From the NCBI GenBank assembly GCA_950097015.1, contig CATNEN010000038.1:16182001-16246000 (forward strand): a stretch of 64,000 bases of DNA, written 5' to 3'. This DNA comes from Macrostomum hystrix. Its lineage: Eukaryota > Animalia > Platyhelminthes. This document shows, piece after piece, positions 12,520 to 25,258 of this stretch. Each line of letters opens with the position of its first letter. The first letter of the stretch is position 1. A model generated the notes under the pieces. That model ran no database searches. It worked only from the letters and a program-made list of their open reading frames with translations, and was not told the origin of the DNA. A program made the position numbers and the translations under genes.

Positions 12520-13776
12520 CATTTATTATGGCAGTTGTTTTTTGTCCAGTAAATGGGACAAACAGCCATTTTGATTATTTAATGGGTTATCAAGACTTAA
12601 AACCATAAATCACCCAGGACATTATATTGTATGGAGCTTTTCATACCAAGACAAAATGTATACTAATTCAACACTGCAGTAAATAAAAAATTGTGAATGT
12701 ATATGATAATGCTATTAAATAGTTAATTAATTCTTTTTTATAAGCGCAGATCTTTCATAAAAATATAAATATATGTAAAATATCTTCGAGATAAAAAAGA
12801 AAAAAAATAAGATAACAAATATGAATAGGGCCTATACAGAACTATTTTGTTTACCTAATATATCGCTTTACGAATTAAAATTTCATTTCACACTTAACTA
12901 TGCAGTAACTTTAGATTTTCATTTGACCGTTAACTATACTTTAATTAATTCAATAGCTGTAGCCGCTGTAAAGAACTTTTACAAGAAACACATTTCTAGA
13001 TTTAAAATATATATTCATAACAAACAAACAGTTTTAGATTTCGATTATAATGCCGTAAGGCGTTTTTAAAAAACACAATAATGTATGCTTTAAATTCTAT
13101 TAACAAAAATTAATCTCGCACGCATGTTCATTATTTTAATTGTTTTTTAATGTAAAGGACCAGTAAAATTTTAATTTTAAATTTAATTTAAATAAATTTA
13201 AATTTAATTTTAATTTTAAACAAGAGTCTTACTTATATTATGGCCTAGGCATAGGACTTAATGTATAGAACTTAATGTCCTAGGCCAAAAACTTAAGCTT
13301 CTTGTTGCATCGATTCTGATGTGCATGTGCACCATACAATCATACATTTAGGCCTCAATGAGTTAGTTTGTAGCTATGTAATATGTTACAATGTAAATGT
13401 GGCTCCTGTAAAAAAGCTATACCTAGCCGCTAGGGCCTACAAGAACGAGTTATGCTTAGGGTTTAGCCAAAGCATAGGCTACAAAATTTTACTATTTTGA
13501 TTAGGTTTACAATTATAAATATTAGGCCTAAATCAGACTCAATTTTAATAGACTAGCAACAAGACTAATGGCCCAGAGCAAGCCAAGAGCAGGAAATTAT
13601 AGGGCCTAGGCTAATCATTAAAGTTTTTGATTAAACTGATATTTATATTTTCTATTCTTTTAGCTAGGCCTATTGTGCTACCAACCCAATAGACTGAGCT
13701 GTATTAATGTATTAGCTTAGCTGTTTACTAGTTAGCTAGTTCAGAAAATGTTACCGATTTTTGCTAACTTAGGGCT

Positions 13777-13922
13777 AAATATTTGGGAAGTGCTTATTCC
13801 CACAGTCCCATGCCAATAATTTCAATTTTATCCACACGGATAAAAATTATTGGCATGGATCCCTGTGGATAAAATTGAAATTATCAGCATGTGACCGTGG
13901 GAATAAGCTCTGCCAAATATTT
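13777..13922. repeat. ~146-bp imperfect palindrome (foldback / MITE remnant)
   Basis: AAATATTTGG..GCTTATTCCCAC..ATAATTTCAATTTTATCCAC is mirrored by GTGGATAAAATTGAAATTAT..GTGGGAATAAGC..CCAAATATTT. Confidence 0.7.
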
Positions 13923-14187
13923 GGGCTTCTATAATTGAAAAGGTGACATGTCCATGATAAACCTAGGTAGGGCCTAGATTGGAAAAAATGTTTGCAATGA
14001 ATATACATATGTATGCTGATCCATGCCTCTTCTGCTGGCTGTAAACTGTAAAGTAGAAGTTAAGTAGCAAAAGTGCTTGTATAGGCACTGCACTTTGTTA
14101 GAAAAAGTTCAAAAGCATGTTAGACACTGTTTATAGACCATGGATTGTCAGCTTTTTCTTATAGGGCATAAGAATAATTAATAATTG

Positions 14188-14450
14188 ATTACACCTGCCC
14201 CAATAGGGTTAGATTTGCAGCCGACAGGACAGCTGCAGCTAATGTGTGGTGCATCTGAAGGCTATGTATAGCTGTTCAGTCCAAGGACTGGGTGGGACGC
14301 TATCAATTATCCCAGCTGATGCTCATACCCATTTAACAGCTGGGTGAAATGAAGCAATGTATGTTAAGTTGAGTGTCTTGATAAAGAACACAAATTGTTC
14401 CAGTGGAGTCAGAAATCGAACCCCCAACAGTGGCATTAGCCTAGCCTAGC
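14188..14450 (-). mobile_element. tRNA-derived SINE-like element, family 1 (degenerate)
   Basis: Shares TACCCATTTAACAGCT, TATAGCTG.TCAGTCCA and the B-box complement AATCGAACCC with 26983-27202. Confidence 0.6.
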
Positions 14451-15240
14451 CTTTCTAGCCCTAAGCTACAATCAAGAGGTTGTAGCCTGGGGCGTAACAA
14501 TGACAAAAATGACACTTTTTAATTTAGTTGTAACTTGTAAGTCTACCTTGCTGATTCTAGATATTCTCTATCACAATATTATTAGTCTAAAGCCTAGCCA
14601 TTTAATTTGTGGAAGGTGTTATTAAACTTTTAAATCTGATGACTTATAATTATAATCACTCATTGGGCCTGGCTTTGAGGCAAAAAAATACCAATACATT
14701 TCTGCTTTCTTTTTACATCTTATTTCTTATTAGCTTCTTCTAGTTTAAACCAAACAACTTTTAGACCTAGCAGTCTTAACCAATGTGAAAATGTATAGCT
14801 ACTTTATCACTATCTAAGGTACAATTTTTGGTTTGTTAACAGTTAAACATTTTTAGTTAATTTCTAGTTTAACATTTTTAGATAATCAACTATCTATTCA
14901 AGACTCTTGGTTCTGAGTCAAGTTCTCTTGAAGATAATGATAGCTTTCCTCGAAATTTTCGTTTTTAGCCACTATACTCAGAGGTAAGAGTTAACCTAAT
15001 GCAAGCTACTGCAGATTATTAATAACAGCTTATTGGTCTAAAAATATATATTAAGTTGATTTACTTATGGATTCTGTGATGCATCATTTGTTAGTTGACC
15101 TTTAGCTGGAAAAGATGGGATTTTTTCTATCCAGTCAGATAGCCACTTATAAAGGAAGCCAATAGAAAATTACTTAGGTTTTCCCATGGCTGTCACACAC
15201 GATGCTCATTATACTCTTTATTCCAGCGCATCTGACAGTC

Positions 15241-15651
15241 ATGGCCGGTGGCAAAGCGGGCAAGGACAGCGGCAAGACCAAGCAGAAGGCCATCTCGCGG
15301 TCGGCCAGGGCCGGCCTCCAATTCCCAGTCGGCCGCATTCATCGACACCTGAAGACGCGCACAACCAGTCACGGTCGCGTCGGCGCCACCGCCGCCGTCT
15401 ACAGCGCCGCCATCCTGGAGTACCTGACAGCCGAGGTACTGGAACTGGCCGGCAATGCCAGCAAGGACCTGCGCGTCAAGCGCATCACTCCGCGCCACCT
15501 GCAGCTGGCCATCCGCGGCGACGAAGAATTGGACACCCTCATTAAGGCCACGATTGCCGGCGGTGGCGTCATACCGCACATTCACAAGAGCCTCGTCAAC
15601 AAGAAGGGCGCCGGCGGCATCGCGTCGGGACCCGGCGTGGCCGCCAAATAG
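15241..15651 (+). CDS. H2AZ: Histone H2A.Z (H2A.V/F) variant
   Basis: [109 protein letters not shown] is diagnostic. The true start is the ATG at 15241, after an acceptor ending at 15226. Confidence 0.97.
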   Translation: MAGGKAGKDSGKTKQKAISRSARAGLQFPVGRIHRHLKTRTTSHGRVGATAAVYSAAILEYLTAEVLELAGNASKDLRVKRITPRHLQLAIRGDEELDTLIKATIAGGGVIPHIHKSLVNKKGAGGIASGPGVAAK

Positions 15652-15802
15652 ATATGATTGGCCCTCTAAAGTTTAGGCTTTGACTCGCTCTTTTATTAAT
15701 CTCAATTTATTATTGTATTAAATTCAATTACTGGCGCTCCCTAATGAATCACTGATAATGCAATCCAATGTTTGGTTGCCACCCTATTCTGTATGTGGTC
15801 GC

Positions 15803-15808
15803 AATAAA
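15803..15808 (+). terminator. Polyadenylation signal of H2A.Z
   Basis: AATAAA ~150 nt after the stop, followed by a T-rich tract. No histone stem-loop, as expected for a replication-independent variant. Confidence 0.55.
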
Positions 15809-16039
15809 GGCATTTTATTTTGTTTATTTCTCTGTAACTAATCGCTCATTTTTATCAATTTCGCTAATGCTGCCCCGAAATGGCGTTCAAATACAGTTTT
15901 TATCTTAATATTTTATCCAAATAAATATACGGCATAAATAACATTTGCTCGAAATGTCTTACAAATGTAACGGAATTAGGCAAATTAATAAAGTGTTAAT
16001 TGTTTTGTTTCGCTTGGTTTTCATTCATAATTTTAACAT

Positions 16040-16212
16040 AACATCTACAAAATTTGCTGACATCCTACAACATTTGCTGACATCCTACAACCTTTGCTGA
16101 CATCCTACAACCTTTGCTGACATCCTACAACCTTTGCTGACAACCCATAACCTTTGCTTACATCCTACGACCTTCGCTGACATCCTACAACCTTCGCTGA
16201 TTTCCTACAACC
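16040..16212. repeat. 20-bp minisatellite (CATCCTACAACCTTTGCTGA)
   Basis: About 8 tandem units. Confidence 0.9.
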
Positions 16213-17895
16213 ATCGCCCCTGTCTCGTCTCTCCCATGTATTATTTCTCTGCTGTCTTTTCTCTCCCGCTATCCTTTTCAACCGAATCTAATTTCTAATT
16301 TCCACGCTGCCCGCTTTTATCTTTTGGATTCTGTCTCTGGCCAGCGTGGTAAATTAGTTTACCGAACCATACGATACAACCTTCAATGACATCCTGTGAC
16401 CTTCTTTCACATTCTGTGAACTTCATTTACATCCTATGACCTTTCTTCACATCCTAAAGCATTTTCTAACGTCTTGTGACCTTTCTCTGTTACCTTTACT
16501 GCTAAAGTTATATGAGTGTATCGAGGTGCGTAAAAAGGAGCAAATGGTAAATTCGGCGATTATATGCGATAAAGTACAGATCGATATCTCGTACTTAAAG
16601 TAGCCAGATGTGAATATCGAGATTTAATTTTTAAAGAGTATCAGTAAATTATAAAAACGCTCTATTAGGTCTCGTAAAATTTATTTACATATACCAATGT
16701 GCTGATAGATTATATCTGTGTTTCTAGTTCATTCACCTCTGTGAATTCAGCTGTTTGTTCCATGGATCGGGGTCGTTCCGCCAAATCCACCCAAATTTCT
16801 TACGCAAAGTACATCTCCCCTAGACTCTGGCACCGGCGAGTTCACCATGCGGGAACAGCGAGCCAATCACAGCGCGGTAGGGTTGAAAAAAATCCTAGCT
16901 CGCCCAGGGCACGGTCTCAGCCTCACCCTGGCAGCCAATCACGACTTGTAGAGAGAAAGAGAAAATGCGAGAGGGAGAGAGCGGGGTAGGACATGGATCA
17001 AAAGATAAACATTTGGTTTTATTGATGCATGGGCAGGGCACGAAAACGAGTGCGTCTATGGCAAAGCTCCCAGCGAGTTTTCATGTAGGAATAACATTCT
17101 TACTTGATCTTCATAAATTTCAGCTCTCGTTTTTTGCAATAAAATCTCTATTAAAACTTTATTCCGGCACAATTCGCCCTCAACATTATAAATGAGGTTC
17201 TACCATAGGCAAAGTCATTCCTGTACGCAAAATCAAATAAGAATGCACAATTACCTATATAAATACCTACGAAAGTGTAATGATATTATCTAGTCTGTAG
17301 AATTGCAAATCTAGGCTTATACAGCTGAAGATTATTGCCACTTCATGCCCGTTTGCCGATGTTTTTGCAGTTGAGCGACATGTGTCTGTAAATCTCTGTT
17401 GCCTGTCACTGCTTAGAGCATGAGCCTTTCGATTCTCTCTGTTAGGATTTCTAAAGGACTTCCATCTAGCTTCTGCTATTGCTGAAAAAGTAAGCCTATC
17501 ATTTTGCCCAGATTGGCACTTCGGTAAGCGCGGCTCCAACTCATAATGGCATAACATTTAATAGAAGACCGTATCCCATTATTAGATAGTAGGCATGGCC
17601 TGAAACCCGCAAATGTGTTTGCTCCTACAGTTCACAATACAGCTAGCACTCTCTTCTATACAGTACTTCCTGCCTGATATTGATCGTGTTCCATAAGTCT
17701 ATATGCGAATCTATACTGACAATTGTGTGCATCGACGCAAGCTCTGATAAAGCTATAGTCTCTGTTTCATCGATCTTTGGCACTTACATAGCCTTCACGT
17801 TTTTTAGTTAAGTTCATACATTAAATCATTTTCAGCTAGAACATTCAACTCTTTAAAAATATTATTGACCATCGTAGAAATAATCAGCGACCTCA

Positions 17896-18190
17896 TCAGC
17901 CACCGCAGCCCTGAACTCCCAGCAGGGTGACAGAGGCCCAGCCGTTGGTGTCGTTCACAGAGTTCGAAGCCGCGCAGCCGACTCCGCCGCAGAAGCTGCC
18001 ACCGCCGCCGCCAGCCCAAAGCTTTGAGAGACCGGAGCCGCCGCCGCTGAAGCCGCCGCCGCCGCCAGACGCTCCACCGACTGAGCTGAGGGGAAGTCCG
18101 ATCACCTGACTTCCACAACCGCCGCCTCCTCCGCCTCCACCGAACCCACCGACGGCGCCGCTGCCGCTGCAGTCGATACCACCGACGCCT
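17896..18190 (-). pseudogene. Inverted partial duplicate of the last exon of the glycine-rich-domain gene
   Basis: Encodes ..GGGGCGSQVIGLPLSSVGGASGGGGGFSGG..GVQGCGG*, nearly identical to ~23100-23394. The 5' end runs directly into the GGGATCT array. Confidence 0.75.
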
Positions 18191-18199
18191 TCTGCCTTC

Positions 18200-18870
18200 T
18201 GTGCTCTGGGATCTGGGGTTCTGGCACATAGGATTTTGGGATATGGTATTCTAGGATTCTGGGATTCTATGGTCTGGGATTATGGGATCTGTCTTCTGCG
18301 ATCTGGGATCTGAGATTCTGGGATTCTAGGATCTGGTGGGATTACGGGATCTGGCTTCTGGGATCTGGGATTCTGGGATCCGGGATATGGGATTCTGAGA
18401 TTCTGGGATATGGGATTCTGGGATCTGGGATTCTGGGATCTGGGATTCTGGGATCTGGGATTCTGGGATCTGGGATCTGGGATTCTGGGATCTGGGATCT
18501 GGGATTCTGGGATCTGGGATTCTGGGATCTGCCTTCTGTGCTCTGGGATCTGGGATTCTGGCACGTGGGATTCTGGCACGTGGGATTCTGGGATATGGAA
18601 TTCTGGGATTCTGGGATCTGGAATTCTGGGATCTGGAATTCTGGGATCTGGGATTCTGGGATCTGGGATTCTATGGTCTGGGTTTATGGAATCTGCATTC
18701 TGCGAACTGGGATCTGGGATTCTGCGATTCTGGGATCTGGGATTTCGGGATCTGGCTTACGTGGTCTGGGATCTGGGATTCGGTGATCCGGGATATCGGA
18801 TTCTGGGATTCTGGGGTTATGGGATCTGGTATCCAGGATCTGGGATCTGCGATTCTACGATCTCGGATTA
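18200..18870. repeat. GGGATCT/GGGATTCT 7-8-bp satellite
   Basis: Long degenerate tandem array that accounts for the PESQI/GFWDL ORFs. Confidence 0.92.
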
Positions 18871-19528
18871 TGGCATTTGGCTTCATTGATCTTGATATTC
18901 GGCGATCGCTTGTTTCCAATTTTTAAAGTGTCCAATCAAGAAGCTTTTCGATTTCTTTATGTTCACTGTACGCCTTTGTTTTATGTATTTTGTATTGTAA
19001 AATACATATAATCATCAGTTTTCTCGGAAACACCATTTCTCCAGTTGCTCTTGAATCTGAGCCATAAGAATCCTCAGTGAAGTGTCAGAAAATAGTGTTT
19101 CTTCATTCCAGGATTGCTGCTCACAAAATACAGGCGATTTACATCATCCTGGCTGTTGCTATAACCAGTTTCTATTAGTGTAAAGCCCCTTATAATTCCT
19201 CTCTACTCAACAAGGCTTAAGAATAATAATTGAAGCCAAGAATGGGCCGAGGAAACTTTGCCGCGAAATAGCTAATTAGAAGGGCTTCAAAACAGCCACA
19301 ATGCCCTTCTTAGTCCGGCAAACAGCAGCGGCACTTCGCTTGGTTGAGTATCGCCCAATCAATAACACAAAACTGGCACAGCTCAGACATTGTTTAACTA
19401 TTGCTCTTAGCCAATTACAGGAGACTGGTTGCATGACATTGCTGATGGCTAAGCTATTAAAAAGAAACATCCTGCTGCTACTATAGACCGCTATTTGTAA
19501 TTTTCATTAAACTTGGCACAAACACACA

Positions 19529-22500
19529 ATGAACTTGTATTTCATTTCTGCTCTGCATCTACTATGTAAGTTGGCAACTGCAGAGAATACTGAAGCTATA
19601 CTAAGGTCACACCAGTGACAGTAAGGACACAGCAGTGATAGTCAGGACACAGCAGTGATAGTCAGGACACAGCAGTGACAGTCAGGACACAGCAGTGAAA
19701 GTCAGGACACAGCAGTGACAGTCAGGACACAGCAGTGAAAGTCAGGACACAGCAGTGAAAGTCAGGACACAGCAGTGACAGTCAGGACATAGCAGTGACA
19801 GTCAGGACATAGCAGTGACATTCAGGACAGTCAGGACACAGCAATGACAGTCAGGACACAGCAGTGACAGTCAGGACACAGCAGTGACAGTCAGGACACA
19901 GTAGTGACAGCCAGGAAACAGCAGTGACAGTCAGGACACAGCAGTGTCAGTCAGGACACAGCTGTGAAAGTCAGGACACAGCAATGACAGTCAGGACACA
20001 GCAGTGACAGTCAGGACATAGCAGTGACATTCAGGACACAGTAGTGACAGCCAGGAAACAGCAGTGACAGTCAGGACACAGCAGTGTCAGTCAGGACACA
20101 GCAGTGACAGTCAGGACACAGCAGTGACAGTCAAGACATAGCAGTGACAGTCAGGACAATCAGGACACAGCAGTGACATTCAGGACAGTCAGGACACAGC
20201 AGTGTCAGTCAGGACACAGCAATGACAGTCAGGACACAGCAATGACAGTCAGGACACAGCAGTGACAGTCAGGACATAGCAGTGACATTCAGGACACAGT
20301 AGTGACAGCCAGGAAACAGCAGTGACAGTCAGGACACAGCAGTGTCAGTCAGGACACAGCAGTGACAGTCAGGACACAGCAGTGACAGTCAAGACATAGC
20401 AGTGACAGTCAGGACAATCAGGACACAGCAGTGACATTCAGGACAGTCAGGACACAGCAGTGTCAGTCAGGACACAGCAGTGACAGTCAGGACACAGCAG
20501 TGATAGTCAGGACACAGCAGTGACAGTCAGGACAGTCAGGACACAGCTGTGTCAGTCAGGACACAGCAGTGACAGTCAGGACACAGCAGTGACATCAGGA
20601 CACAGCAGTGACATTCAGGACAGTCAGGACACAGCAGTGACATTCAGGACAGTCAGGACACAGCAGTGACATTCAGGACAGTCAGGACACAGCAGTGACA
20701 GTCAGGACACAGCAGTGACATCAGGACACAGCAGTGACATTCAGGACAGTCAGGACACAGCAGTGACATTCAGGACACAGCAGTGACAGTCAGGACACAA
20801 CAGTGACAGTTAGGGCAGTCAGGACACAGTCAGGACAGTTAGGATACAGCAGTGAGAGTCAGGACAAAGCAGTGGCAGTCAGGACACACCAGTGACATCA
20901 GGACAGTCAGGATACAGCAGTGACATCGGGACAGTCAGGACACAGCAGTGGCAGTCAGGACACACCAGTGACATCAGGACAGTCAGGACACAGCAGTGAC
21001 ATCGGGACAGTCAGGACACAGCAGTGGCAGTCAGGACAGTCAGGACACAACAGTCAGTGTCCTATACAGGTCACAGAAGGCATTCCGCTGGCTCATTTCA
21101 GTGCTGTCGCACCTGCAGCCCAGCAGCCTGGCAGCGTGTCCCTCGGGTCCGCCCATCGTGCAGTTCCGCCCTGCCCAGCAGCTGCTGCTGAACGAGTCTC
21201 TGAGCCACTGCGTGACGCAGCTCGGAGTGTCCGAGTCGCTGCACAGCTGCCTGATGAATGCGGGCGGCAGGAACGCAACAGCAGCTGTGCTGCAGGGCTC
21301 CGTGTGCTTGGCCGTGCTGCTGCTGCCCTCCGCTCAGCCAAACAGCTGCGGCTCCGTGTGGAACTTCACTGCGGGACCCGGACTGCAGCTGTTCGTGGCC
21401 AAGGACTTCGTCGGCCGGCTCGGTGGCAGCTTCCGCAACTTCGGCCGCTCCGTGTCAGGTGAGCCACGTTGCGATAAGCTCTACGGAATTGCGGAATTAC
21501 GGAATTTTAAATAAAAATGGTGAAACTTCCTAAGGGCTGCACGACAGAAAAGCAACAGGACAACAATTTTAAAAGTACAACTGCAGCTGCAAAAATATGC
21601 CTAGACTCCCGTATTGTTTCTGGTAAATTTTGATTTCATCAAATCTGACAAATCAATCAAGTAATTGAAAAATTTCTCGTGTGGTTTTTTTAGCTGCTGG
21701 CACCAGCAGCCCTGGGTTTCGGCCAGTCGAAAGTCGTCCTCACAATGATAAAGACTGAATAAAACTTAAATATTAGTTTTTTTTCATTTTTCTGTCACCT
21801 CGATCCTTTGTTGGTTTGTAGAAATGAAGTTCTTAAGGTGACATGGATTCTAGACTTGATCCGTTTTGGGCCCTGACAGTTAGAGAATTTCTTTGAAAGA
21901 CAGAATGTCCAATTTACGTTCTTCTCCTGTGAACTTTGCAACTGATCGACTATATATTTTCATTTATTTAGGCGAACTTTTGCTAATCGAGTCTATAAGA
22001 GTCCGTACAGTCCGTCTATTTCTGCCGTTGAATATGATTCTACGAATAGTAGCTTCAACTTGGCTGCCTTTTATTATTTAATTGCAGATTGTCCGTCATA
22101 GTGTAATATGAAAACCGTGCCATAGACATTTCCGCCGATGCCACACTTGGTGTTTGCTGCTTGGGTGCAGCGGGGGCTTAGCCTCACAAAAGAAATCTAA
22201 GAGATCGTAGCTTTAGGCTAGGTGTATCGAGATGTCTATGGCCTCATTTTTAGGCGAGGCGTTCCAGATTGGGAAAGCCCATGTTTATGACCATAGACAG
22301 TTCTATGGTTTATATATAGACAGGACGTAAAATATATTATTTAAATGATTTTACTTTAAACTTTAATTCCACGAAGGCCACATACCCATTAAAAAATCCC
22401 AGCTTATATACTCGTACAAATATTCTCAGTTGGCATCATCGCAACATTCACCACGCCTCTGACGGGTTGCTATGCGGTTGCTACCCAGAGCGGCTCTGGA

Positions 22501-23394
22501 GGCTCGGTCTCAGCCGCTCTCTCGGGCTACTCAGCCGCCAGCGGTGGCAACGGAGTGCGGCTGTCTGGCAGGTTTGCGCTGCCAGCCAACACGTTGCTGA
22601 ACGTTGTGACCGGACGTGTCGGCGGAAGCGGAGCCGACTTCTGCGCTGCCGGCGGCGGCGGCGGCACGTTCGTCTACACCGACAGCGGGCTGATCCTCGT
22701 GGCTGCCGGCGGCGGCGGCGGAGCTTCGGCTAGTCTGAACGGTTCGTTGGTTCAGCCGCGGTCGCCTGGGATCCGGGATCTGGGATCCGGGATCTGGGAT
22801 CCGGGATCTGGGATCCGGGATCTGGGATCCGGGATCCAGGATCACTACCTTACCCCAACCCTTTTAGGCGCACCTGGCCAGACAATTAGCATCAACGGAA
22901 CTAACGCTGTGAAGGGCGCCAACGCTGACGCCAGCGGAATTGGCTTCGGCGGCTCCGATGGCTCCGGTGGCTTCGCCGACACGAGTTCGGGTGGCAACCA
23001 CGGCGGATGCGGTGCCGGCTGGCTGGGAAAATCCGTCAGTTCGCGCCTTGGCGCCAAGCACGGAGGTCACGGTGGAGGCCAGGCAGAGGGCTGGACGGGC
23101 GGCGTCGGGGGCACCGACGGCGGTGGCAGCGGCGGCGTCGGTGGCTTCGGTGGAGGCGGAGGAGGTGGCGGTTGTGGAACTCAGGTGATCGGACTTCCCC
23201 TCAGCTCAGTCGGTGGAGCGTCTGGCGGCGGCGGCGGCTTCAGCGGCGGCGGCTCCGGCCTCTTAAAACTGTGGGCTGGCGGCGGCGGTGGCAGCTTCTG
23301 CGGCGGAGTCGGCTGCGCGGCTTCGAACTCCGTGAACGACACCAACGGCTGGGCCTCTGTCACCCTGTTGGGAGTTCAGGGCTGCTGTGGCTGA
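19529..23394 (+). CDS. Secreted protein (~410 aa): signal peptide, Cys-containing (possibly PAN-like) region, ALK/LTK-type glycine-rich domain; exons 19529-19565, 21102-21458, 22430-22741, 22868-23394
   Basis: GT-AG boundaries are phase-compatible (1233 nt total). MNLYFISALHLLLLSHLQPSSLA signal peptide. GIIATFTTPLTGCYAV..GSGG..GGNG.RLSGRFAL..LNVVTG, GGGGGTFV..LVAAGGGGG and GGFGGGG..GGGGGFSGG..GGGGGSF match the ALK/LTK glycine-rich-domain pattern. Confidence 0.75.
19605..21058. repeat. 20-bp minisatellite (GTCAGGACACAGCAGTGACA) filling intron 1 of the glycine-rich gene
   Basis: Roughly 70 units with partial-unit variants. Confidence 0.95.
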
Positions 23395-25258
23395 AACTTT
23401 TCGATAGTGTCCAGTGATGTAGCCTTGGACTTCTGTCGGTGTGAAAGGTCACGGGTTCGAATCTTGAATCTGAGAATCAAACTGGGCCAAATATCCATTC
23501 TGGTTCAGGTACAATTTCTGTTCTTGACGAAGTAGAGCTATTAATATTAGTTTGTTGAAGTATAAATTTATTTTGAATTTTGTAAATATGCAGCTGATTC
23601 CTTAGTTTTCCCACTGCCTCTGAATCAAAGGCTGGCACGCTAAGGTACTATGCCTGCAGTGTACTTTAAGGTTGTTTGTAAATTGAGGTGATTGGATTTT
23701 GTCTCGAAAATGAATAATTACTGAAGCTTTAAAATGTGTTATTGATTTATGCAAGTATTTCTGTTGGCTTTATTGTACTAGCTCAGTAAATTTTGTATAG
23801 CGCTCTGTGTTTGGAAAGTTTGCATCGTGAGTTAAACAAAAGATTCAAGCAAAAATACACGGTTAGCAATGGCTTTTTTATTGTTTGTTGTGCGAAAGAA
23901 AAACCTTGCACGTTCGTGGCTACTGGTTTTTAGTCCGCTAACAGAACTCTAACTGCAGACAGTGGAAAATAGAGACTACTGCTTTTTTTCTTTTTACGAA
24001 GTACCAATGATTATACATTCAAGTTGAGCACGAATGAGTGAGTGAGCACAGACAGTCATGCATGATGCAACTGTCTTGTCTTTCTTATTGCTATGTTGTT
24101 CGCGTTTTGAAGAAATTACTAGTCTGTTGCTTTGCAATTGTACTCGAAACCTCTCAAATGAATTCTCGCAACATAATTAATTTTTAAGAAAGCCATTTTG
24201 TCAAAAAATTACATGATACAAATGGCCTGAGTTGTGAATTTAATTGGCATCAGCAGATTCGACCAAACCTTCGGGACATTAGTAGGAGGAGCGGGAGCGA
24301 CATATGTCCTTACACTTACATGTACAAACTACAAAGCAACCATAGTTGCATGTTTGCTGTGCACACACACAGTGAAGCAAAAGTACAAACATATATAAAA
24401 GTTTAGCAAAAGCTGTCATTTACTCAAGACTTGCGGATTTTTCGCAAGTTTGCACTTTGAAACAAACATAGTTGCTTTCTAGTATTTTATTATAGTCGAC
24501 GGAACAGACTCAAAGCGATTAATATAAAATTATTGTAATAATAAACATAATTTACACGTTATAAACAAAATATTTTTTCTTATCTAGAGTTGGATTAAAA
24601 ATTTAACTTTAGAACAACGCACTGGCTCAGGGCGAGTTGAGTTAATATTAGTTGTTGTTGTAGCTCATCGTTTACACAAATACGTTCGCGTAGAATCTGA
24701 CAAGTAAATTGCTCAGGTTACTATATCCAGGTCAATTTAATGCGTCTACATATTCTAGTCATACATGAATACTTTTGTGCCTTAGAAAGTTGTTTCTTCT
24801 TATATTATAGAAATCTAACAACTAACAATATATGAAATGCAGTAAAATAAATCCTGATCCATCCTCGTACCTGGTAAATCAAGACAAATACTGTAATGTT
24901 TAAATATCTAATAGGCCTATGCTCTACTGATTTTCTGGCTCATAAAATATTCCTCCTACTTTGCAGATTCTAACATGTTTATACTCAAATATATTATTTT
25001 TATTGCTACTATTATACTTTTCAGATGCTTTAAAATGCCTAATGTCATAATATGTCATTGATGATACCACTGCATGATAATATTGTTAAGCTTATTCTTA
25101 AAAAAACACAAGCATTATATTTGTAAGCTTTTGTTAGACTGCTGCATGTCTACTGAAAATAATTATAAGATATTCCTAATACTAGTAATAGAGACATTTT
25201 AAATTACATGTCTTTTTTTTACTTTCAGATTATTTTATACCAGCCTATTTCAGTAGGC

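Noticed and set aside
15202-15240. 13-aa N-terminal extension on the H2A.Z ORF
   Set aside because: Spans a splice acceptor; the canonical MAGGK start is at 15241.
18280-18919. PESQI / GFWDL repeat ORFs
   Set aside because: Products of the GGGATCT satellite on both strands.
22121-22240. CATAGACAT...ATGTCTATG inverted ends (P-like MITE?)
   Set aside because: Short TIR with no target-site duplication.
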